Origin: Cyanophora paradoxa CCMP329
Lineage: Eukaryota > Plantae > Glaucophyta
Assembly (NCBI GenBank): GCA_004431415.1
Contig: QPMI01000038.1
Span: 62,001 to 126,000, forward strand
Reading direction: 5' to 3'
DNA: 64,000 nucleotides
Both the position numbers and the translations under genes were made by a program. The notes under the pieces are model-generated. The model saw only the letters and a program-made list of their open reading frames with translations. It searched no databases and was not told where the DNA came from. Shown here one piece after another: positions 1 through 10,363 of the stretch (position 1 is its first letter; each line of letters starts with the position of its first letter).

Positions 1-2940
1 GGGCACCGGAAGTACCCGGTTGTCTGCCCGGGCGTGCAGAAGCACGGACCCACGTGGTCCCCGTTGCCGCCCCGGGAGTTCGTCGCATCCCTGCTTGCGG
101 GGTATGTGAACAGCATGGCTGCCTGGGTGCTGGGGCACGAGCTGCCCGACCAGCCCCGGCCCGCGCCGACCAAGGGATTCAACCCCCAAATGCACATTGT
201 GGGGCCGACGGCCATATACGAGTTCATGTGGTCCACCTGCTACCGCGCCGACCCGGCCACTCGTTCCGCGGCCGAGGCAGCAGCTGGGGCCCATGCACGT
301 TCCGCTGACGGCGACGAGCTTTACGCCGTCCTGCAGCACCTCAAGAGCGGCCAGCTCGGCGAGTCGATTGACGAGACCGCAGCTCTCGTCATCGCCTCTC
401 AGCTCCCGCTGACAACGGCGTTCTGGCTCTCGATGCCAGACCTGCCGCGCCCCAACGCCACGCATACGTCCTGGCTGGACAACGCGGCAGACGCCAGCAA
501 GCGCCTCTCGGACGCCCTGCTGCAGATCTGGGGCCTGCCGGCGACGAAGCAGCTGCGCGCTGTTCTCGCCAAGTACGAGCAGGAGGACGAGCCCCTCCTC
601 TCCGTCCGCCGCCTTGAGCGCATCCTGCCCGCTCGGGTAGCGGCGCACGGCATGCGCCCGTACTGCCACGTCGAGCGCGATACGTGGGCCGCCAGGCACC
701 TCGTTGCTGGCGCGACGCTCGCGGGCCAGGAGCCCATCGCCTCGGCTCTCCTGAACTGGGTTCAGAAGATCAATGACGTCCTCTGGCCCATCTTCACGGG
801 CGTGAAGGCGAAGCGGATTATGGTCTCCGACCTCTATCCCGCCCCTGCCCTGGACACTGTCGCCCAGCAAGGCGCGGCGCCGTTCCCTGCGCCCCCCGAG
901 GCCAGCGACCTCGGCGACACGGTGGCGGCAATCACGCCGTTCCACTACCGGCTGCGCGCCGAGCTGCTCCAGAACTGGAACGGGTACACGGCAGAGGATC
1001 TGCCCCCGAGCTTGCGCGCCCAGCAGCAGGCCGACCACGCCGTGGCAGCGGCCGCCCCGGCGAAGCCTGCGGCATCGTCCTCTGCCTCGGGCACCACGGG
1101 CTCTGGCTCCCGCGAGCCCAGCCCTGCCCCCAAGCGCTCGGCCACGCCCTCGCCCTCGAGGAAGAAGAGCGAGCCAAAGCGCGAGCGCTCCCGCGACCGC
1201 CGCGGGCGCCGCCAGAGCCGCGAGGCCGCCGCTTCCCGCGAGCGCACCGAGTCGCCCCGGCAGGAGTCGTCGAGCTCGCCTGCCCCGACGCGCACGCAGC
1301 CGCCGGGCGCCACCGGCCAGCGCCGCGAGCGGCCGCGTATCCTGCAGGGCAGTCGCGTGACCGTTCGCGGCACCGTGCCCAGCGCCTCGTCTACGGGACC
1401 TGAGTCCCTCGACCTGGCCGACATGGACGACGCCGAATTCACTGCCTATGCCCGCCAGCATGGCCTTGAGTTCGAGCCGGACCCGGCCGAGGACACGCGC
1501 CAGCGCCTCCTCGCCGAGGCTGAGCGCCGCAGCAAGCGCGCCCGCGTTGCTGCCCAGTCCACCGCGGAATTGGCCCCCGCGCCGTTCCCGTACCCGTACC
1601 CGGCGTCGATGGGCCCGCCCCCGCCGCGCGTACCCGGCTGGGGATTGCCGCCGCCCCCACTCTTGCCGCAAATCGCCGGCCCGCACGGCTATTACTGGCC
1701 GCACGGCCTCATGTACCCGCCTGCGGGTCCCGCGGCCAGCTCGAGCTCCGGCCAGGCCCCGCCGGCCACGGACGAGAATGTGGGCAGTGCCCACTACCAG
1801 GCCGCCAAGAACTGGCGCGCGCGGCTGCGGCTCCTGCTCGAGCGCAATGCCCAGCCGGCCGTCTTGTCTGAAATGCTCGATGAGATTGCCACGGCCGCGG
1901 GCCATGATCTCACCGGCACCACCTTGCCGAGCGGCGCCTCTTGGGCGGCACGGAACGCCGCTGCGACGGTGTGGGCCGCAAATTACCCGGGCATGGAGCA
2001 GTTCGACCGCATTGAAGCTGAACTGCTGCGCCTCATTGGCCTCGCCCAGGAGGCCAAAGCCGAGGGCCGCTGCCGCCCCGCCCACCGCGCCATTCTCCGT
2101 ATCTACGGCGATGGTGACGATGAGGATGACTTCGCGACGCGCGCTGCACTGCAGCCGCGGGCCATCGCCGAGCGCGCCTTGGCCTCCGCCGCTGCCAGCA
2201 GCGAGCCGACGCCAGTCGTCGACGGAGCGGATCGCAAGTCCTCCGCCGCTCCGACGAGCCGCTCCGAGGGGCTCCACGCCCGCTCCAGCAAGCAGCGCGC
2301 CGCGCTGCACTTCCAGGCTCCTGAGCCTGACGAACTCGTGGGCTACGGCCCCGACCGCCCCACGGACCTCGCGGTCCCGGAGTCCCCGGATGGCGCGCCC
2401 GACGGCCGCCTGAACGCCCCGGTCCCGATCGCGAAAGTTATCGACGGGATCAACGGTCTCCCGCACGATTTCCGGCGCCTGCTCCTGCAGTGCCCGGGCT
2501 TCGTCTATGCCTTGCATGCCGACGGCACGCTCGGCGAGAGCACGCGCGTCAAATTCATTTTTGACACTGGCGCAATGGGAGACGTTGGCGAGAAAAAGCA
2601 CATGCCGCCCGGCACGCGCTACACGGGTGTGAAGGTCCTCCGGGCCTTCCTTCACCACGCCACGATCACGGCCGAGATTGCTCATGTCGTGCTGCGCTTC
2701 GGCGACGTGTACGTCTCGCGAGCGGTGTACGTCGTCCCTGACGGCTCGCTTGGCCCGAACGCCGACATGCTCCTGGGCATCGGCACGATCATGAGGATCG
2801 AGGGGCGGATTGACACCACCAGCTCGGGCTGGTGCCTGCACGCGCGCGACGCGCACTTCCGCCCCCACGTGATCCCTTTTCTGTGCCCGGACAATCAAAG
2901 GGGCCTCTCCTTGTCCGGGTGCTCCGCCCCGTCGTCCTAA
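1..2940 (+). CDS. Retrotransposon polyprotein segment: unknown region, Ser/Arg/Pro-rich linker, C-terminal aspartic protease
   Basis: Frame open from base 1. FIFDTGA (Asp codon 2563-2565) and downstream DMLLG match retropepsin motifs. Bases ~1-430 are homologous to 63575-64000 of copy B. Confidence 0.8.
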   Translation, partial: GHRKYPVVCPGVQKHGPTWSPLPPREFVASLLAGYVNSMAAWVLGHELPDQPRPAPTKGFNPQMHIVGPTAIYEFMWSTCYRADPATRSAAEAAAGAHARSADGDELYAVLQHLKSGQLGESIDETAALVIASQLPLTTAFWLSMPDLPRPNATHTSWLDNAADASKRLSDALLQIWGLPATKQLRAVLAKYEQEDEPLLSVRRLERILPARVAAHGMRPYCHVERDTWAARHLVAGATLAGQEPIASALLNWVQKINDVLWPIFTGVKAKRIMVSDLYPAPALDTVAQQGAAPFPAPPEASDLGDTVAAITPFHYRLRAELLQNWNGYTAEDLPPSLRAQQQADHAVAAAAPAKPAASSSASGTTGSGSREPSPAPKRSATPSPSRKKSEPKRERSRDRRGRRQSREAAASRERTESPRQESSSSPAPTRTQPPGATGQRRERPRILQGSRVTVRGTVPSASSTGPESLDLADMDDAEFTAYARQHGLEFEPDPAEDTRQRLLAEAERRSKRARVAAQSTAELAPAPFPYPYPASMGPPPPRVPGWGLPPPPLLPQIAGPHGYYWPHGLMYPPAGPAASSSSGQAPPATDENVGSAHYQAAKNWRARLRLLLERNAQPAVLSEMLDEIATAAGHDLTGTTLPSGASWAARNAAATVWAANYPGMEQFDRIEAELLRLIGLAQEAKAEGRCRPAHRAILRIYGDGDDEDDFATRAALQPRAIAERALASAAASSEPTPVVDGADRKSSAAPTSRSEGLHARSSKQRAALHFQAPEPDELVGYGPDRPTDLAVPESPDGAPDGRLNAPVPIAKVIDGINGLPHDFRRLLLQCPGFVYALHADGTLGESTRVKFIFDTGAMGDVGEKKHMPPGTRYTGVKVLRAFLHHATITAEIAHVVLRFGDVYVSRAVYVVPDGSLGPNADMLLGIGTIMRIEGRIDTTSSGWCLHARDAHFRPHVIPFLCPDNQRGLSLSGCSAPSS

Positions 2941-3749
2941 AGGACGCCCGCGAGTGGATGGTCCGCTGCGTGTTGGACGGCCCTGCGCCGCCAGCGGACC
3001 AGGCCCCGACGCTCGCCGTCGGGCCGGCGCCTGACTCCCTGTCAGCGCTCGGGGTACTCGCGCCCCACCAGTTGCACCGCCGGCCTGCCGAGGGCGGCAG
3101 CCTGCACGTGCGACTAGTAAATCCCGCCAATGAGCCCGTCCTGCTTCCCGCCGGGGCCATTGTAGCGGTGGCGGAGGCTAATAACCTGCCGCCCGGCGAC
3201 TTTGGGTTCGACCCGCCGCCCGACGACGCGTCGGCGCGCACCGTCGCCGACTCTTTCATTCGCACGCTGCGAGCCTTCTACCCTAAGCGAGGGCAAGGCT
3301 TCCGCGCGATGCGCCGCCGAGCCAATCGAACGGCTGCGGCTTACACGGCAGCTGAGGGCACCACGCCGCCCCAGCACCCTGCTCCAGGGCCTATTTTCGC
3401 GGCACCCGCCGCCCGGCAGTCCGAAGCGACTGTAGCCACCGAGCAGGAGCCTGCGCCGAGCGCGCCTCCCTTGTTCGTCCGCATGCTGCGCGACGACGGC
3501 GGTGAGGGCGAAGACGTCCCATTGTCACAATGGAGGGCCTCGCGCTTTGTGACGAGCCCGTGTCCTCGGACACCGACTCTGAGCGCGAGCGCGAGGACGG
3601 GTACCTTGGCTGGACCTCGCCAGAGGAGCGCGAGCGCACCAGGCCCGCCCGCCGCGCTGAACGCGCCGCACGCCGCCGCGCCCACGCGGCTCGCGCTGCA
3701 CGCCAGGGGGCTAACGCAGTCCCCACCAATCCCTCCGGGAATCAAATAA
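2880..3749 (+). pseudogene. pol linker between PR and RT, frameshifted; possible degenerate dUTPase-like segment
   Basis: VRLVNPANEPVLLPAGAIVAVAE resembles the segment commonly found between PR and RT in Gypsy pol. The frame changes near 2880 and 3530. Confidence 0.45.
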
Positions 3750-4029
3750 ATCTCGCTGCCGAGGCAGCTGAGCCGCCGGCGCCCTCGCCGAGCGGGGCCG
3801 CTCGCCCGCCTGCACCGGCGCCAGCACCGCTGGAAGGCCCTGGCTGCTCTGTCCGGACAACGGAAGCGCCCGCGCCCTCCGTAGCCGAGTCCTCCGCCGC
3901 GCGCGGCAAGGACAAGGGCAAGGCGCCGCTGCGAGCCGCCCCTCCGGGCCCCGCGCCTGGCCCCTCCCACGGTGGCGCCCCGCGGGCACCGCCGGAAGCG
4001 ACGGGGACGTCGTCTTCCGAAGAGGAGGA

Positions 4030-4950
4030 GTGGAACCGTGCACGCGCGAAGATCCCGGAATGCGGCTCGCATCCGGCGATGAGCGCTACGGAACGCGCCG
4101 AGCTAGAGGCTCTGCTGAAGCGCTACTCGTGCGCGTTCGCCGACTCGGTCACGGCCACTGAGGGCACGGCCAATCTCCTCCATTACGAGCACGTGATCCG
4201 ATTGACCTCACGGCTGCCCGTCTTCACGCCCCCGCGGCGTGTAAGCCCGCACGCCGAGGCCTTCGCCCGTGACGAAATAAAGCGGCTCCTTGAGCTGGGC
4301 CTGATCCAGCCCTCGCAAGCCGCCTATGGCTCGCCGGTCGTGCTCGCTCCTAAGAAGGACGGCACCTGGCGGTTCTGCGTCGATTACCGACGCTTAAATG
4401 CGATCACCGAGCGCGACGTCTTTCCCTTGCCACGGATTGACGATCAGCTGGACCGCCTGCGGGGGTCCATGATCTTCTCGACCGTCGACGCGACGGCGGG
4501 ATTCTGGCAGCTGCCGCTGGACCCCGCGTCCCGGCAGTACACGGCCTTCGTAGTGCCCTGGGGCCACTACGAGTGGCGCGTGACCCCGTTCGGCGTGACC
4601 AACGGGCCGGCCGCCTTCTCGCGCGCCGTGACGGCCATCCTCGGCCCCCTGCTCACGACTTGCGTCACCGCGTATATCGACGATATCACGGTGTTCTCGC
4701 CAAGCGTGCCCAGCACCTGCTGGACCTCGAGGCCCTGTTCCGCGCTATCATGCCGGCGAACTTGCGCCTGAAGCCCTCCAAGTGCCGCTTCGGGGTGGCG
4801 GAGGTGGCCTTGCTCGGGCACCTCGTCTCGGCCGAAGGGATCCGCCAGGACCCCGCGAAGCTGGCGTTCATTCGCCAGTACCCGCCGCCTGCGAACGCTG
4901 ACCAATTGAGGTCGTTCCTGGCTTGGCTGGGTACTACCGGCGTTTCGTGA
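4030..4950 (+). pseudogene. pol: Reverse transcriptase (Ty3/Gypsy), frameshifted near 4700 and 4925
   Basis: SPVVLAPKKDGTWRFCVDYRRLN, PLPRIDD, GFWQ, PFGVTNGP, YIDD, then LKPSKCRFG..LLGHLVS in the next frame. Confidence 0.95.
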
Positions 4951-5480
4951 ACGGGTTCGCCCGTGTCACCCACCCGCTGCAGCGCCTGCTGCTTCGGGAC
5001 GCCGCGTGGCAATGGACCGAGGTCCACCAAGCCGCCTTCGAGGCGCTGAAGGCCGCCCTGCTCGAGGATCTGGTACTTGGGTACCCGGATTTCGAGCGGC
5101 CCTTCATCCTGTCGACCGACGCGTCGACGTACGCCATCGGCGCGATCCTGTCGCAATCCGATGGCGGCTCGCCCGCCCGTGAGCGGCCCATCGCGTTCAT
5201 CAGTCGAACGCTGGCGCCCGCTGAGCGGAATTACACCGCCACCGAGCTCGAGTGCCTAGCGGTTGTATGGGCAATAAAGTACTGGCGGCACTTCCTCCTG
5301 GGAGGGCCCCAGTTCCTGGTCCGGACGGACCACCAGGCGCTCCAGTGGTTGCGCTCGCGCGAGGCGACCTCGGGAAGGCTGGGACGCTGGTCCCTCCTCC
5401 TGCAGTCCTACGACTTTGTCGTAGAGTACCGCGCGGGGCGCAACAACGGAGGGCCCGACGCCTGCTCGCGGCCCCACTGA
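4923..5480 (+). pseudogene. pol: RT connection and RNase H domain
   Basis: GYYRRFV, FILSTDASTYAIGAILSQ, ERNYTATELECLAVVWA, VRTDHQAL, RLGRW, YRAGRNNGGPDACSR. Confidence 0.95.
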
Positions 5481-6789
5481 ACCACCCGGTTCTCGCGCCC
5501 GGCGGCGCCGACGGCAGTTCGGCCGCGCCCGACGCGCTGGCCGGCGCCACGGGGCACGGCGTGCCCCAGCCCGGCGACCTTGACGAGCCTCTGCCGCTGT
5601 TTGCAGTCGCTCACGCCGCCGAAGGCGCTGCGGAGGCCCGGGTAGCGGTGGAGGCCCCGCCGGGCCCCCGCCTGACCGAGCTCGCCGACGAGCCGGCCGA
5701 GGCCGCGCCGCCGGCCCCCGCGTCAGCGTCCGAGCCCGCCGAGGCCGCGGCGCCCGCGGCTCCGCCCAGCCGGGCGGAGATCCTCGTCGCGCGGCGACAG
5801 GCCCGCCTCCGGCGCCAGCTCGCCTTCGAGGGCGCTCCCGCCGCAAGGCGGGACGTCCAGCCCGCCCAGGGGCCGCGTCCGCGTCGGACGCGCGCGCCGC
5901 CTGAGGCTTTCCAGGAGGGCTCTGACGACGAGCCCGTCCCCTGCCCGCGCGCGCGCCCCGAGCCGCGTCGGCGCGCGCCGAGACTGAGCCCGCGGGGCCC
6001 CGGCGCCGCCCGAGCCTCGAGCTCCTGCCGCGGGGCAGGGAACGCCCTGCCAGCGGCGCCGGCGCTGCCGCAGGCCGGTCCGCCCACTCGGCGCGGCCAG
6101 AAGCCCACCACCTGGGCTGAGGTGCGCCAAGGGGTGGACGAGTGGCACCGCCTCGCCGTCGCGCAAGGCCTGCCCCGGCCCCGCGCTCTCCGAGCCCGCC
6201 GCCGGCGCCCGAGTCCGACCCGATGGAGCTGGGCTCCGATGGCGAGGCTGCGCCGCCTGTGCCCGAGCCTGAGGCCCCGCGCCAGGCGCAGGAGCCCGAG
6301 CTCGACGAGGACGGGTTCCCCGTGGCCCTCCTCGAGCACGTACGTCGTCGGTTCCCTCTAGGGCCGCGGCGCTACGAGGGGCCCGTCGCGCCCCTGCCGC
6401 GCGACCTGCGACCGCCTGAGGCCCGCGCCCGGGCAAGACGCCCCGCAAGGCGGACAACCCGCGCCACTGGCGCTGCGGCCCGCCGCTGTACCCTCACCAG
6501 GACGACCCTGATGAGGGGCCCGAGGCGGCGCCCGGCGGCGTCGTCCTCCGCGGCCGCGTCGACCGCCGCCGCGACGGCCGGCTCCTCTGAGCCGCCGGCC
6601 GCCTCCGAGGCGCCCTCAAGCGGCGACGCCGGCTCGAGTGGCGGCCCGGCCGCAGGCCTCGAGCGAGAGGTCCTCTCGTCCAGCGCTATCGCCCCCGGCC
6701 CTGAGCTGGGCGAGGTCCGAGACCGCCGCAAGCCGCGCTTGCTCGAGCTGGTCCAGGACACTTGGGATTGCGCTCCGCCGCCTTCCCTC

Positions 6790-8390
6790 GACGGGCCCTT
6801 GCCCGAGACCCTGCGGCACATGTTCCCTGCCCGGCGAGTCAGGCTGCTCGCCGCGCAGAAGGCGGACCCGCTGTGCCGCAAGCTGTTCTCCTGGCTAGAG
6901 AATGGCGTGAACGAGGCCCGCTGCACGCGCGCCTCTTGCCACACGGGCGACTGCTACCTCTGCAGTCAGGCCAAGGCGGCCTTCGTCGGATTCGCTGGGA
7001 AATTCGACGTGGACACCGACGGCGTGCTTGTCCGCCGCCCGGTCGCGCCTCACGGCCGCTTCGTGCCCGTCCTGCCTGAGTCCTGGCAGGACCGCGTCCT
7101 GTACGCGTACCACGATGGGTGGGCCACCGCGGCGCCTCGATCGTCGCCCGCCGGATCCTGCTGAGGTTCTGGTGGCCGGGCATGCTCGCGGCCGTAGCCC
7201 GCTACGTGCGGAGCTGCCCCTGCTGCCAGTTCGCCAAGGCTGTGAAGCCGCGGCGAACTGCGATCGCAGTCATCGAGGCCGAGGGCCGGAATGACTTGTG
7301 GCAGGTGGACGTGTTCCACCTCGACCCGACGCCGCGCGGCAACCGCTATTTGGTCGCCTGGGTGAACGCGTGGGACAAGTACACGCGGCTGTACCCAAAG
7401 GCCGACCTGGACGGCTGGTCCATGCTCGAGATGGGCCGAGACTTCGTCTCGAATGAGGGCGTGCCGCTGCGCCTCCTCATGGACAACGGGTCCAGCCTGA
7501 AGGGCGGCCCGTTCAACGAGTACTTCCGGAAGCTCGGGACTCGTTTCATTTACGCCGCGGCGTACCACCATTCGACGAATGGGCTGGTAGAGCGGCTGGG
7601 AGGCGTCGTGAAGACGCTGCTCCACGCGGCGTGCCGCGCCGAGCGCGAGCCGATGCACGAGTGGGACCAGCACGTGCACGAGGTGCAGCTGGCGCTCCGC
7701 ACGACCGTGCACGCGGCCACGGGCTACTCGCCCGCGCTCCTGCACCTGGGGCACGAGCTCACGCTGCCCGCGGACGTGCGCTTCGGGGTCGAAATGCTCG
7801 ACACCCTTAGCTACGCCGACTACGTCGCGACCGTAGTGCGCGCCGCGAAGAGCCGCGATGACGCGGTCCGCGAGCACCGCCGCTGGTACCGCCGCCAAAT
7901 GGTGCACCGGACGGGTGACCTGCCGGACCGTCGCCGCTTCGAAGTGGGCGACAAAGTCCTGTGCTGGCTGGGCGACCGTGACAAGGGGTTGTTTAACTCC
8001 TGGGTCGGCCCGTTCACCGTCATGGACGTGCACCCGGGCGGGTACACGTACGTCGTGCGTGGCCTGGCCCGGCCCTACGGCGCCGTGGGCGCTGTCCGCC
8101 AGAAGGCCCGCGACACCCGCGAGACGATCGTGCACATCGATTGCATGATCCCGTTCCGCATGCGCGATGCGAACGCGCCCGCGCGGCCGGCCCGAGGGCG
8201 GCCGCGGGCGGCGGGTGCACCGGGAGCCGCGGCCGCAGCGCCGGCGGCCCGGCGGGAGCAGCATGAGGAGCTGGCTCCGAGCCGCGTCCCGGCCCCACAG
8301 GAGGGCGAGGACAGAGAGCGGCCGCGCCTGCAACTGCGCAGCGCGAGAGTGATGAGCTGCCCGCGGAGGGTTGAGCTGAGAAGGGCCTAG
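6790..8390 (+). pseudogene. pol: Integrase (HHCC zinc finger, DDE core, GPF domain), frameshift near 7118
   Basis: YHDG/GHRG...FWWPGM...CPCC; WQVDV, MDNGS, NGLVER; FEVGDKV...WVGPFTV. No chromodomain seen. Confidence 0.93.
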
Positions 8391-9232
8391 CGCCCGCCAC
8401 AATCACTAAAGTCCCGGGCTAGGAAGGAGAGCCAACGGGCGGCTGACTGCCTCGAGCTATGCTCGGCTCAGTGACGGGCGGAGGGCCCTACGAAGACCTG
8501 GCCGAGCTCCGGGCGCGACTTGCGCCGGCAGAGGAGTCGGAAGGTGGCTGAGGCGCCGGATTCTGCCCCGGGCCCAGTGACAGGGGATGAGCATTCCCCC
8601 TCCTTGGGATGCAAGACCTGGTGGGGTACCGGGGTGCGCCGAGCACCAACGGGGGTACACACAGGCGGTCGTGACGCCGGGTCCCGCCCCGGGTACGATG
8701 ACTGGGATGCACAATTCCCCATACAGGGCTCCACACCGGGACGCTCGGTGGTGGACCGCCTGGAGGGCCGCGTCCCTTAATGACGCGCGAGCACGGGTCG
8801 GGCAGGGTACCTCCCGCCGTACGATGGCGACGAGGGCACCTTGTGGGCGGCGTCTAGCCTTGCCCTGGAGTTACTAGCTCCACCGCCGTTGTGGGCTTCT
8901 CAGCCCCTAATCCGACGCCGTGGCGGACCGCGAGAGCGCGGCGCATGCCTGAGCAGTGGCGCTAGACGAGCTGCTTAGCCCTACGTTTTGGGACGGGCAT
9001 TGCGCTGGGGCTACTGGGCGCTGCCGCGAGCGTCACGCCCCGCGTTGCAATTGCTGTTGCAGCGTGCGCCTCTGCGGTTAACTTGCTGCGCGGCGAGGAC
9101 AGGGCCTCCTCGGCTTCCTCCCTTCCGATCCGCTCGCCTCGTGCGAGTTTCCTGGGCCGCCGGCCCGAAGTTGGACCTTGCCCCCTGGGCGCTCCACGCT
9201 GGAGTCGTGCCGGCACCTGCCGGGCGACAGTC

Positions 9233-9354
9233 TTTTCGATTCCCGGCAGTTGCCGGACATGGATGGGCTCGGCGTCTTTTCGATTCCCGGCAGTAGCCGG
9301 TGACGCCGAGCGTGAGTGGCTCGGAGCCTTTTTTCGATTCCCGGCAGTAGCCGG
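9233..9354 (+). repeat. Three 24-bp direct repeats TTTTCGATTCCCGGCAGTWGCCGG in the retrotransposon 3' UTR
   Basis: Copies at 9233-9256, 9277-9300 and 9331-9354; each ends in a CCGGC-N4-GCCGG stem-loop. Confidence 0.9.
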
Positions 9355-9484
9355 TAGCTCCGAGCATTTGTATATAGCGGCCGGGGTCGCGTTGTATAGA
9401 GAGCTTAGGCTCGATCAAATTCCCGGCTTCCCCGGCCCTCTTTCTGTTCGCCTTAGGGCGTAGACCCGCGCGGACGCGGGATCC

Positions 9485-9495
9485 GAGAGGAGGAG
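9485..9495 (+). other. Polypurine tract
   Basis: GAGAGGAGGAG one base upstream of the LTR's TG. Confidence 0.85.
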
Positions 9496-9496
9496 T

Positions 9497-9779
9497 TGTC
9501 GCATCCGACATTATAGCGGATGCTCGTTTGTGAGCCGCTAGGGTTCTAGATGATGTGCGCAGCCTTCGTGCTGCTAGATCGACGGCGCCTAGGCTAGTTA
9601 GAGCGCCGCGGTCACTTGTATGCGTGTGTCGGGGTACGCCGTAGCTGGACGGGTACACCCTGAGTCTACCATCCCGGTGGCTAACACCAGCAGCACTCGC
9701 CAAACCCCGCCCTGCCGAGCTTGCACTCCGCACGGGCTTCCCGCGCGCACGATTAGACACACTAATCTCGCACGCGACA
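9497..9779 (+). repeat. 3' LTR of copy A (283 bp)
   Basis: TGTCGC...GCGACA inverted termini. About 15 mismatches (by eye) versus 56544-56826. Confidence 0.95.
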
Positions 9780-10180
9780 AGCAGATCAATCACATATGTA
9801 TCAAGGGGTTGCCTAATTGGAATCATGGGATCTCTCTTTCGAGATAGAGTGGGTGCATTAATTTGGACAACCTCCTGTTTATCATACCATTCTCTCATCT
9901 TCTTGTAGTTCTCTTCTGGTAGTTCCTGTCTCATTGCTGTGAATCCCTTGTAGCCTGTCCTGGGATCATAGAACTTCTTAGCAATCTTTGACTCTTTTGG
10001 TGCTGTCTCAGCTGGGAGGGTCTCTGGGATTAATTGCCTGACCATCTCTGATCTTTTTAATATTCGACTGCTCTTCTCCTCCACTGGAACTGTGATAGGT
10101 AGGATATTCCCTCGATCTTCAATCGCTTCTTTTCTCACAATTCTTGGTGGTTGTCTCAATCCTATTTGTGTGGAAGGCAT
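9780..10180 (-). pseudogene. Polinton-type retroviral-like (rve) integrase, N-terminal part, interrupted by LTR
   Basis: KFYDPRTGYKG...MREWYDKQE...PI..PLDTYVIDL matches the Polinton INT N-terminus up to the first catalytic Asp. The LTR begins two codons later. Start is 10180 or 10198. Confidence 0.8.
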
Positions 10181-10363
10181 CTTTACCTTATCTCTCATAT
10201 AATAAATGCAAGAGTCTGTGTGGAAAGAGAACACAATTCCAAACTATTTTGCAATCGAGCCCAATGACCCTGGATTAAGATGTATTTGGCTGCTGCATTT
10301 AATTCGCGGTTTATTACTTCTTGGAGAGCGAAACCAAAGAAAAAGAAAGATTAATGAAGTAGA

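Larger units (their letters stand above)
1..9779 (+). mobile_element. Ty3/Gypsy LTR retrotransposon copy A (5' part outside window), inserted in the PLV-A integrase gene
   Basis: PR-RT-RNaseH-IN order, PPT at 9485-9495, TG...CA LTR at 9497-9779, then an abrupt GC-rich to AT-rich switch at 9780. Confidence 0.95.

Noticed and set aside
8160-8390. Chromodomain or env gene after the integrase
   Set aside because: The tail is low-complexity Ala/Arg/Pro and the 3' UTR has no credible ORF.
9011-10234. 407-aa ORF as one protein
   Set aside because: It is a chimera: the PLV integrase N-terminus reads through into the antisense LTR and 3' UTR.
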